64,000 nt of DNA from positions 1,440,001-1,504,000 of the forward strand of contig CAWGMQ010000005.1 of assembly GCA_963823665.1 (NCBI GenBank), given 5' to 3'. The DNA comes from an uncultured Planctomycetota bacterium. GTDB taxonomy: Bacteria > Planctomycetota > Planctomycetia > Isosphaerales > Isosphaeraceae. Position numbers and translations under genes: made by a program. Shown one piece after another: positions 53,849-64,000 of the stretch. The notes under the pieces are model-generated. The model was not told the DNA's origin. It made no database searches and saw only the letters and a program-made list of their open reading frames with translations. Numbering within the stretch: the stretch's first letter is position 1; every line of letters begins with the position of its first letter.

Positions 53849-54393
53849 ATGCCCGAGATCACCCACCTCATGGACGCGGCAGCGGGCGGCGACCGCCGGG
53901 CGGCGGCCGACCTGCTTCCGCTCGTTTACGACGAGCTGCGCAACTCGCGGCCGCGCGAATGGCCGCGGAGAAGCCCGGGCACACGCTCAGCCCCACGGCG
54001 CTGGTGCACGAGGCCTAAGTGCGGCTAGTCGGCGACCAGCAATTCGACGGCGGAGGGCACTTCTTCGCGGCCGCCGCGGAAGCGATGCGGCGCATTCTGG
54101 TCAATCATGCCCGGGACCGCAAGCGGCTGAAGCGGGCCGGCGGGCGGATGCGGCTCGAGCTGCTCGATCAGATTGGTTCCCTCGCTCTTGATCCCGACCT
54201 CGTGCTGGCGATCGACGAGCTGCTTACCCGACTCGGGCAGGAAGACGCTGCCGCGGCGCGGGTCGCTCAGCTTCACCTTTTCGGGGGGCTCTCCGTCGAG
54301 AAGGCGGGCGAGGCGCTCGGCCTCTCGAGGGCGGTCGCGTACCGGAACTGGAAATACGCGCGGGCGTGGCTCCGCGAGGCATTGGAAAAATAA
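53849..54393 (+). pseudogene. ECF sigma factor, TIGR02999-like, with frameshift (~53943) and in-frame TAA (54016-54018)
   Basis: MPEITHLMDAAAGGDRRAAADLLPLVYDELR / HTLSPTALVHEA* / HFFAAAAEAMRRIL...WKYARAWL. Confidence 0.85.
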
Positions 54394-54485
54394 TTTCGAT
54401 TGCGCGAGACACTTTTCGCCTGGACGGGGCATTGAGAGTAGGCCTCGTCGTTGGGGGAGATCACGCCTGGTCCTGGAGGTGAGCC

Positions 54486-56868
54486 ATGGCCGCCCTGGCC
54501 GCACGAGCGAAATCCCTGTTCCTGACCGCGTCGGACCTTTCTGATCCAGTGGAGCGTGCCGCCTTCCTGGACCGCGAGTGCGGCGGGGACACCGAACTCC
54601 GTGGCCGGGTCGAGGAGCTCTTACGGGCCAATGATGCCGCGCCATTACCACCTCCCCGCACAGAAGGTGCGACAGTGGACCCCGACCCAGGGCAACCGAC
54701 GGCGGGAGCCATGAATTTATTGACGCCGAAACACGATCTCCATTCCTCGCCAGGCTCGATCACCGCCGATCATGATGAAACCACCGCCCTGCCGAGCGTG
54801 CTCATTGCCGGTCGATACACGCTCCAACAAAAGATTGGCGAAGGGGGTATGGGCGAGGTCTGGGTTGCCAAGCAATCCGAGCCGGTCAAGCGCAAGGTCG
54901 CCTTGAAGCTGATCAAGACCGGCATGGATTCGCGCGGTTCTGCAACGCTTCGAGCAGGAGCGTCAGGCACTGGCGCTGATGGATCATCCCAACATCGCCA
55001 AGGTCTTGGACGCCGGCCTGACGCCCACCGGGCAGCCGTTCTTCGTGATGGAGCTGGTCAACGGCCTGCCGCTCAACAAGTTCTGCGACGAGATGAAGCT
55101 TACGCCGCGCGAGCGGCTGGAACACTTCGTGCCGATTTGCCAGGCCGTACAGCATGCGCATCAGAAGGGGATTGTGCACCGTGATTTGAAGCCGGCCAAC
55201 ATCCTGGTGACAATCGTCGACGGCAAGCCGGTGCCGAAGGTCATCGACTTCGGCGTCGCCAAGGCGACGTCGGGCAAGCTCACCGATGAGTCGATGTCGA
55301 CACAGTTCGGCTCGGTAGTCGGCACGCTCGAATACATGTCCCCGGAGCAAGCCGGTTTCTCGGGGGAGGACATCGACACCCGGGCGGATATCTACTCCCT
55401 GGGCGTCATCCTTTACGAGCTGCTGACGGGCCTAGGTCCGATTGACGCCAAACGGCTGAGGACCGCCGCGCTCACCGAGATGATTCGCATCATCCGCGAA
55501 GAGGAGCCCTCGAAGCCGAGCACACGGCTTTCGACCGATGAGTTGCTCCCATCGCTGGCGGCCCTGCGGCAAACCGAACCTCGCAAGCTGATGAGGCTGT
55601 TGCGCGGTGAACTGGACTGGGTGGTGATGCGCTGCCTGGAGAAGCATCGCGAGCGCCGCTACGAGACGGCCAGCGGCCTGGCCCGCGACATCCAGCGCTA
55701 CCTGGCCGATGAAGCGGTGGAAGCCCCTCCGCCGTCGGCGCGATATCGCTTCGGCAAGTTCGTGCGCCGGCACAAGGGGCAGGTCATCGCCGCGAGCCTG
55801 GTTCTCGTGGCAGTTCTGGGAGGGCTCGGCGCCGTGGCGGCCGTGCAGACGGCGGCCAACGCCCAGCTCTCTAGAGCGCTGGCCCGCGAGACGAAAGCGA
55901 ACGAGGACGTAGGCGCTGCCAACGCCGAGCTGAAGCACTCGAGGGCCGCCGTGCAGGCGCGGTACGAGCTGGCGGTGAAGGCGATCAAGATCTTTCACAC
56001 CGGCGTCAGCGACGACTTCCTGCTCAAGCAGGAGCAATTCAAGGATGTGCGCGACCGGCTCTTGAAGTCAGCCAGCGATTTCTACGGCAAGCTTGGCGCT
56101 TTGCTGGGCAAGCCATCGGAGGCGGACGCCGAGTACCGCAAGGCGCTAACGATTGATCAGAGGCTGGCCGACGAAAATCCGGCAGTGCCAGAATTCCGTA
56201 GCGACATTGCGACCAGCCACGTTGGCCTCGGCCTGTTGCTGTGGAAAGCGAGCAAGTCAACGGAAGCCCTGATCGAGTACCGCAAGGCGCTGGCGATCCA
56301 GCAGGAACTGGCCGATGCGAACCCGAAGGTCACAAGCTATCGCGACAACGCGGCGAATACAGCCAACAACCTCTCGGTCGTGTTCCGCCGCCTCGGCCGC
56401 GCGGCCGAGGCTCGCGATCTCTGCGAGCGAGCCGTCGCGGTCCGCGAAGCGCTCATCAAGGAACATCCCATAACGACCGGCTACCGCACCGGCCTCGCCG
56501 AGAACTACCTCAACCGCGGCCTGGCCCGGCGAACCTTGGGCGACCACGCCGGCGCGGGGGCCGATATCCGGCGGACGGTGGTGTTGTATGATGCCGTGGC
56601 GCCGCGTCAAATTAGCCAATTGTTCCTGTCCGCGTGCACCCACGCCGCGCTCGCTGGGCTTGCCGGTCAGGCCGGGGCGGGGTTGTCGGCCGCCGAGGCG
56701 ATGCGCGAAGCCGACGCGGCGATGGCCCTGCTGAAAAAGGCCGTCAGCACGGGCTTCCGCAGTGCTGACAACTTCCGCACGCAGGACGCCCTTGACCCGC
56801 TTCGCGGGCGGGAGGACTTCAAGAAGATGGTCGAGGAGCTCGAAAAGCCGTCGCCGCCCGCTAATTGA
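54486..56868 (+). CDS. Ser/Thr kinase with TPR-like C-terminus (frameshift ~54935)
   Basis: IGEGGMGEVW, HRDLKPAN, IDFGVAK, YMSPEQ, TM segment, YRKAL.I.Q.LAD.NP repeats. Confidence 0.88.
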
Positions 56869-56883
56869 CAAGCCAATCGGGCA

Positions 56884-58176
<1,293 letters not shown>

Positions 58177-58398
58177 TCCAGATCAACGCCAAAGAACCGC
58201 AAAGGAGAGGCAAATTGCCGCAGACGTCATTATGGCTGGCGACTAGGATTTCGGCGACCGTGTCGGCATCTCGACGTCTCCGATGTTTGCAGTTCCTACG
58301 GCATACTGGTCCGGGGCGACATCGTACTTTCCGCGCAAATCGAATTAAATGATTGGTGCGATCGGGGCCTTACCGAGTCAGTTTTGGGAGAAGGATCC

Positions 58399-58939
58399 AT
58401 GAGTCGTGCTCTGCTTGTCATCGACGTCCAGAATGAGTACTTCACCGGGGCGCTGCCAATCACGCATCCGGCCGGACATCTGGAGCAGATCTTGAATGTG
58501 ATGGATCGCGCAGGGCCGGGTTCCAACCGTGCTGATTCAGCACACGCTCGAAGGGCCCGACGCGCCGTTTTTTCGCAAAGGCACAAAAGCCTGGGAGCTT
58601 CACCCTGAGGTTGCCAAGCGCCCGCACGACCTGGCGATTGAGAAGACACTTCCCGGAAGCTTCACCAGCACCGGTCTTGAAGACTGGTTGCGAGAGCGCG
58701 GAATCTCGACCGTCACGATCACTGGCTACATGACGCACATGTGTTGCGATACGACCGCGCGCCAAGCCTTCCATCGGGGCTTCGCCGTCGAGTTCTTGAG
58801 CGACGCCACGGGCACCCTGCCCCTTTCAAATTCCGCGGGGCAAGTCACCGCGGAAGAGCTGCACCGATCAATTCTGTGTGCCCAGCAGATGTTCTTAAGC
58901 GAAGTACTGCCGTCGTCGACCTGGATCGGCCGACTCTGA
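58399..58939 (+). CDS. Isochorismatase-family cysteine hydrolase (frameshift ~58520)
   Basis: [12 protein letters not shown] joins IQH...EK..PGSF...[15 protein letters not shown]. Confidence 0.85.
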
Positions 58940-59175
58940 GCGAAAAGGTCGGTGGCGAATACCGCGGTCGCCCAGCTCTTGAAGGAAACCGTGCGCCGAC
59001 ACCTGTCAGACACCGCATTCGGTGCCCTTTACCAAGAATTCGCTTGAAATTCACTCGTGTGCTCACAACGATCTACTGTCTGCCCCGCGTCGATCGACCG
59101 CGAACGCGCGATCAGGCAGCGCAGCGACGTGATGCTCTCCCCATCGACCACGTGAGTCTACTGAGGACATCTCTT

Positions 59176-59649
59176 ATGGGTTGGATCTTCCGCGCAAACT
59201 GTCCCGACTGCCGTCATGAATGGGAAGGCGCTTGCACCAGCTACCGCGTCGGCCGGTGGACCGAGCAGGCGGAATCTGCAATCGACGACGGCTTTCGATC
59301 GTGGTTCTGCCCGAGGTGCTATTTTGTCCTGCACATCCCCCGGGCCATCGAGCGGAATGTCTGGCAGAAGTGGCGCAAGACCTTCCTGGGCGCCCCGGAT
59401 GCGCAATCGAAGTTCCTGAGCAATGTCGTGGCGAAGGTGGATAGTTCGCTTGCAAATGGAAGATTCTACGCGCCGCTGCCGGTCGATCTGCAACCGGTTG
59501 ACTGCCCCGAGTGCCACCAGCCGTTCCAGGAGCGCACGCCCGGCAGCGCCGACCGGGTGGTCTGCCCCCAATGTCAGGGAGCAAAAGCTGTTCTCGCCGA
59601 CTTCGACTCACACTGCCAGATGCCCTGCGACGAACACGGGTTCTCCTGA
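59176..59649 (+). CDS. Hypothetical protein with four CxxC motifs
   Basis: CPDC, CPRC, CPEC, CPQC; GAGG RBS. Confidence 0.7.
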   Translation: MGWIFRANCPDCRHEWEGACTSYRVGRWTEQAESAIDDGFRSWFCPRCYFVLHIPRAIERNVWQKWRKTFLGAPDAQSKFLSNVVAKVDSSLANGRFYAPLPVDLQPVDCPECHQPFQERTPGSADRVVCPQCQGAKAVLADFDSHCQMPCDEHGFS

Positions 59650-59858
59650 CGGGGATTGATCCAGCGAGGTCTTTGTCAAATGCGGCCGTTGTAACTTCGC
59701 CTTGCCGCGGACGATGATGAGCTGATCATGCTCGACGTCACCGGGGGGCTCGATCGTGGTATCAACTCACTTGCTGAAGCAGGCCAAGCAGCGATACGAG
59801 GCGGAGAACCGCCAGAGATGTCGTTCAGCAGAGTCGCACACAATCAGCGTAATTCCAA

Positions 59859-59931
59859 TGGGCGGCACAGGATTCGAACCTGTGACTTCCACCGTGTGAG
59901 GATGGCACTCTAGCCGCTGAGTTAGCCGCCC
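59859..59931 (-). tRNA. tRNA-Val (anticodon CAC), CCA not encoded
   Basis: GGGCGGC acceptor stem, anticodon arm CCATC-CTCACAC-GGTGG, T arm ACAGG-TTCGAAT-CCTGT. Confidence 0.96.
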
Positions 59932-60092
59932 GATTGAGTGGGGCTCTTGACAGAAGCCGCACTCGGCTCGTTACTTCAAAAATAGCGACTCCTGCGGTCA
60001 ACCACAAGAGTCTCAACGATGGTCGAGACTGGGGCGCCCTAGCCAGGTCGATTGGAGGAGGGGATTGGATGTCGGCGCGCGCTCGGTAGAAT

Positions 60093-60123
60093 GGTAGGTT
60101 GCGCTTCGCTTCACCCACCCTAC
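60093..60123 (-). repeat. GTAG-type REP-like element
   Basis: Minus strand GTAGGGTGGGTGAAGCGAAGCGCAACCTACC, an imperfect hairpin. Confidence 0.6.
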
Positions 60124-60251
60124 AGGAACGCCAGGCGAACGAAGAAAACCTAACGCCTACTGGACTATTGAAGTGCGGCGTGGCGACGTTACCATGATGG
60201 CTTGGATGTCTGTACTGTTCGACAGGCTGGCCACACCAGTGAGAACCGCCG

Positions 60252-61565
60252 ATGGCCCAAGCTTTTCCCGAAGTGCCCAAGATCCAGTACGGCGGTCCCA
60301 AATCGAAGAATCCACTCGATTTTAAATATTACAATCCGGACGAAGTCATCGACGGAAAGTCACTCAAGGACCATATGCGGTTCTCCGTCGTTTACTGGCA
60401 CACGTTTTGTAATGTGCTGTCGGATCCATTTGGGGTCGGAACCGCACTGCGGCCCTGGGACGACGGCACGGGCACCGTCGCCAATGCCCAGCGCCGGGCC
60501 AAGGCCGCCTTCGAACTCTTTGAAAAACTGGGCGTTCCCTATTACGCCTTTCACGATCGCGATGTTGCGCCCGAGGGCAAAAACCTCAAGGAAAGCCACG
60601 CGCATCTCGATGAGGTTACCAAGGTCCTGAAGGACGAACAGGCGCGCACTGGCGTCAAGCTCCTCTGGGGCACGGCCAACCTCTTCACCAATCCGCGATA
60701 CATGCACGGGGCTGCAACCAGCCCTAATTTCGACGTGTTTGCTTTCGCCGGCGCCCAGGTCAAGAAGGCGATGGAAGTCACCCATGAGCTGGGCGGCGCG
60801 GGGTATACGTTCTGGGGAGGGCGCGAAGGATACTCGACACTCCTCAACACCGACATGAAACGCGAGCTCGATCACCTAGCTCGGTTTCTCCATATGGCCG
60901 TCGACTACAAGAAACAGATCGGGTTCTCCGGCACCTTCTACATCGAACCCAAACCCAAAGAACCTACCAAACACCAGTATGATTCCGACGCGGCCGCGTG
61001 CTTGAACTTCCTCCGAACTTATGACCTCCTGCCCCACTTCAAACTCAATCTCGAAACCAATCACGCCACGCTCGCCGGGCACGAGATGATGCACGAGCTG
61101 CAAGTGGCCATCGACGCCGGTGCGCTCGGCTCCATCGACGCAAACACCGGCGATTACCTGCTCGGGTGGGACACCGACCAGTTCCCCACCAATATTTACC
61201 TCACCACACAGTGCATGCTCTGCATCCTTCGCATGGGCGGTTTCACCACGGGCGGCGTGAATTTTGATGCGAAAGTGCGCCGCGAGAGCTTCGAGCCGAT
61301 CGACCTCTTTTACGCTCACATCGGGGGAATGGACGCGTTCGCACGCGGACTGAAGATTGCGCGCGCCATCATGGCCGATGGCCGGCTGGCGGGGTTCGTG
61401 AAGGAACGCTACCGAAGCTGGGATTGCGAGCTCGGCCGGCGCGTCGAGGCCGGTAAGGCCAAGTTCGAAGATCTCGAGGCGTACATCCTTCCCAAGGGAG
61501 ATGCCGCCAAGAACTCGAGCGGGCGGCAGGAGATGCTTGAGAATCTGATTAACGAATTTATATAA
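60252..61565 (+). CDS. xylA: Xylose isomerase (class II)
   Basis: [44 protein letters not shown]. Confidence 0.97.
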   Translation: MAQAFPEVPKIQYGGPKSKNPLDFKYYNPDEVIDGKSLKDHMRFSVVYWHTFCNVLSDPFGVGTALRPWDDGTGTVANAQRRAKAAFELFEKLGVPYYAFHDRDVAPEGKNLKESHAHLDEVTKVLKDEQARTGVKLLWGTANLFTNPRYMHGAATSPNFDVFAFAGAQVKKAMEVTHELGGAGYTFWGGREGYSTLLNTDMKRELDHLARFLHMAVDYKKQIGFSGTFYIEPKPKEPTKHQYDSDAAACLNFLRTYDLLPHFKLNLETNHATLAGHEMMHELQVAIDAGALGSIDANTGDYLLGWDTDQFPTNIYLTTQCMLCILRMGGFTTGGVNFDAKVRRESFEPIDLFYAHIGGMDAFARGLKIARAIMADGRLAGFVKERYRSWDCELGRRVEAGKAKFEDLEAYILPKGDAAKNSSGRQEMLENLINEFI

Positions 61566-61621
61566 ATTCGTTAATGAAACGGCGGAAATTCCGGAGGCAT
61601 GGCGGGCCTCGGGGCTCACGC

Positions 61622-63186
61622 CTTTGTCCTTACCATCATTTTCTGGTGGTCATAGGTGCGCTTCCCCGGCCTTTTCCCGGCTTTTCTCGCTTCGCACCTG
61701 GTAATATCAAGCCAAGCCACACGCTGAGGTGGGGGGGAGGGATCGCGTTTCAACCGCCGGAGCCTCGGATGGACACCTTTCTTTCAGATGCGCAGACTTG
61801 GGCCATGACCCAATTCGCCACCACTGATCTTCATGACGAACGCCGTACCAAACGACTCGTTCTGTTGGCAACGCAGATCGCCGCAGATCCGTCCGGGAGT
61901 TTTCCTCAGCAAACCGAATCCTGGAATGATCTGAGGGCCGCATACAATTTCTTCGATTGTGAGGACGTCACCTTTCAAGCGATCGCCAGTCACCATTGGG
62001 AGCTTACCAAGAAGACAGCAGGTGAGCGTCAATTGATCATCGCAGACACGACCGAAATCGATTACGGGCCGTGCCGACAGGTCACAGGTCTTTCGCCGGT
62101 TGGTTCGGGTATCGGACAAGGCTTTCACCTTCACTCGGGTTTGATGGTTTCCCCCGAAGACGACCGGGTTCACGGCTTGGCCGGACAACTGATCTATCAT
62201 CGTCAGCGCGTTCGTAAGGGGGAGACGCGGACCGAACGGTTGCAGCGTGACGATCGCGAATCACAGATCTGGGGTGATCTTGTCATCCAAATGGGATCCC
62301 CGCCGTCGGGAACCTCCTGGATTCACGTAGTTGATCGTGGCGCCGACGACTTTGAGTTTTTCTATCACTGCCAGCAGACAGAAACCGAATGGGTGGCGCG
62401 AGCCAAGAGCCTGATCCGGATCATTATCACGCCGGAGAGCGGGGAAACGCCGCTGAAAGCCTACTTAGGGACCCTGCCGCGGGCTGGATGTTACACGCTC
62501 AATCTGCGGGCTCGCCCCAAAGCACCGGCTCGGACGGCCAAGCTGGTGGTCGCCATCGGGGCCTTACGGATGCCGACGCCGAAACTCAAAAGCCCATTTC
62601 TGAAGCAGGTCAAGCCCGCGGCGATCCCCATGTGGGTCGTCTGGGTGCGCGAGGTAGATGCTCCCGACGGAGTGGAGGCGATCGAGTGGGTGCTTTACAC
62701 TTCTTTGCTGGTGGAGGATTTTGAAGATGCTATGGCGATCGTGGGGTACTACGGGAAGAGGTGGCTAATCGAGGAGTGGCACAAGGTCCTGAAAACAGGC
62801 TTTCAGGTAGAACGTCGCCAGCTCAAGACGTGCGATCGTCTCGAAGCCATGATGGGATTGATGTCTGTGGAAGCACTGCGGTTGTTCCAGTTGAAGGGAA
62901 TGGCGCGGACAGCTCCCGAGCAGCCTGCGACCGAGGTGGTACCGCCCAAATACGTGATGATGCTGAAGGTGGTGCGCAGATTGACGCCCACGACAATATT
63001 AACTGCGGGAGGATTTTTTCGGGAGTTGGCCAAGCTGGGAGGGTTCCTGGGCCGCCGCCACGATGGGGAGCCAGGTTGGATGACGATCTGGCGGGGTTGG
63101 GACAAGCTGCAGATCATGATCCGGGGCGCCGAGGCTATCATCGACGTATCTTCATCGGTATGATGAAGATGATGGTAAGGACAAAG
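61622..63186 (+). mobile_element. IS4-family insertion sequence (IS50/Tn5-like)
   Basis: 18-bp perfect terminal inverted repeats CTTTGTCCTTACCATCAT; 8-bp target duplication GCTCACGC at 61614-61621 and 63187-63194. Confidence 0.93.
61769..63163 (+). CDS. IS4 family DDE transposase
   Basis: WA..QF...DL.D.RR..RL, DTTE, VVDRGAD, Y..RWLIEEWHKVLKTG, LGGFLGRRHDGEPGW..IWRG. Confidence 0.95.
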   Translation: MDTFLSDAQTWAMTQFATTDLHDERRTKRLVLLATQIAADPSGSFPQQTESWNDLRAAYNFFDCEDVTFQAIASHHWELTKKTAGERQLIIADTTEIDYGPCRQVTGLSPVGSGIGQGFHLHSGLMVSPEDDRVHGLAGQLIYHRQRVRKGETRTERLQRDDRESQIWGDLVIQMGSPPSGTSWIHVVDRGADDFEFFYHCQQTETEWVARAKSLIRIIITPESGETPLKAYLGTLPRAGCYTLNLRARPKAPARTAKLVVAIGALRMPTPKLKSPFLKQVKPAAIPMWVVWVREVDAPDGVEAIEWVLYTSLLVEDFEDAMAIVGYYGKRWLIEEWHKVLKTGFQVERRQLKTCDRLEAMMGLMSVEALRLFQLKGMARTAPEQPATEVVPPKYVMMLKVVRRLTPTTILTAGGFFRELAKLGGFLGRRHDGEPGWMTIWRGWDKLQIMIRGAEAIIDVSSSV

Positions 63187-63246
63187 GCTCACGCCCCGAG
63201 CTATATGATGTCGCCCCCTTCGGGGGCTCAAGCTACTACTGGCCGC

Positions 63247-63771
63247 TCAACCTTCCAGTGCGGCGAAGATGCCCTGCATGAAGGCGGGGAGATCGTCGGG
63301 GGTTCGGCTAGTGACGATGTTGCCGTCGCGGACGCAGGCGGCGTCTTGCCAGATTCCGCCGGCGTTTTCGACGTCGTCGCGAATGGCGAAGAAGCCGGTG
63401 GTCTTCTTGCCTTTCAGGCATTTGGCGGAGCAGAGCATCCAGGGGCCGTGGCAGATCGCGGCCAGAACCTTGCCCAGCTTTGCGGCCTGGGTGACCAGGT
63501 CAACCATCGCAGGGTGCCGGCGCATGTGGTCGGGTGAATAGCCGCCGGGGATGATGACGGCGTCGAAGTCGGACGCCTTGACCTCGCTGGCGGCGATATC
63601 CGCCTTGGCCGGATAGCCGTGCTTGGACGCGTAGGTCTCGCCGGTTTTCGGGCCGACGATCTGAACCTGGCAGCCGGCTTCCCGAAGGCGGAGCACGGGG
63701 TACCAGAGCTCGAGGTCTTCGTAGAACTTCTCGACCAGCACCGCCACGCGTTTTCCTTTCACGTCACTCAT
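63247..63771 (-). CDS. PfpI/DJ-1 family (type 1 glutamine amidotransferase-like) protein
   Basis: YEDLELWYP, IIPGGYSPD, AICHGPW, TSRTPDDLPAF. Confidence 0.92.
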   Translation of the reverse strand: MSDVKGKRVAVLVEKFYEDLELWYPVLRLREAGCQVQIVGPKTGETYASKHGYPAKADIAASEVKASDFDAVIIPGGYSPDHMRRHPAMVDLVTQAAKLGKVLAAICHGPWMLCSAKCLKGKKTTGFFAIRDDVENAGGIWQDAACVRDGNIVTSRTPDDLPAFMQGIFAALEG

Positions 63772-63814
63772 CGTTTGACTCCTGTTTCGCGGAGAACTCA
63801 CTTGTGGATTCGGT

Positions 63815-64000
63815 TCAACTGGATTCGGACGTCGCCACCGCCGCCGCCTCGGGCTCTGGCTCGGGCGAGCCGGTGGGACGGTGCTCGGCCATGGCGCGAT
63901 CAATCGCTTCTTCAAACGTAAACGGCGGCTGATAGCCGAGCACACGCCGTGCCTTTTCGATCGAGTAGTCGAGATGGAGGCCGACGAATTTAAAGCGAGC
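63815..64000 (-). CDS. C-terminus of a probable NAD-dependent epimerase/dehydratase (partial)
   Basis: Manual translation: DYSIEKARRVLGYQPPFTFEEAIDR...stop. Confidence 0.65.
   Translation of the reverse strand, partial: ARFKFVGLHLDYSIEKARRVLGYQPPFTFEEAIDRAMAEHRPTGSPEPEPEAAAVATSESS

Larger units (their letters stand above)
61608..63228. repeat. REP-like double hairpin split by the IS4 element
   Basis: The empty site reconstructs as CTCGGGGC-TCAC-GCCCCGAG ctatatgatgtc GCCCCC-TTC-GGGGGC. Confidence 0.7.

Noticed and set aside
14640..54018. Stop-codon readthrough (TAG at ~14640 and TAA at 54016, both at expected Tyr positions)
   Set aside because: Tyr codons are one substitution from these stops, both genes also have frameshifts, and TAA/TAG end normal genes here.

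Overview
High-GC bacterial DNA whose gene content (ECF sigma/Ser-Thr kinase pairs, sulfatases, LEDR-LL-type giant surface proteins) points to Planctomycetota, probably Isosphaeraceae-like; this taxonomy is inference. Several long genes carry isolated frameshifts, so the consensus probably contains indel errors. Main structure: a tRNA-Val(CAC) gene (59859-59931, minus strand) whose 3' half recurs as a degenerate direct repeat at 10023-10071 (23 bp identical core) next to arm-type-like repeats. Together these delimit a ~50 kb tRNA-anchored island with no integrase gene visible. The island and its left border hold many intact and decayed toxin-antitoxin modules (MNT-HEPN, HNH plus partner, GNAT plus an AbrB-like antitoxin, VapBC, MazEF, two PIN relics), three ECF sigma-kinase pairs, two 5'-truncated giant surface-protein genes fused back-to-back at ~20950, an intact beta-helix/Ig surface protein, an MBOAT/SGNH pair and a clpX without clpP. 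Outside it lie sulfatases with a TauE/SafE exporter, xylA, an IS4 element inserted in a REP-like hairpin, and a PfpI-family gene. No CRISPR array, rRNA or reverse transcriptase was seen.
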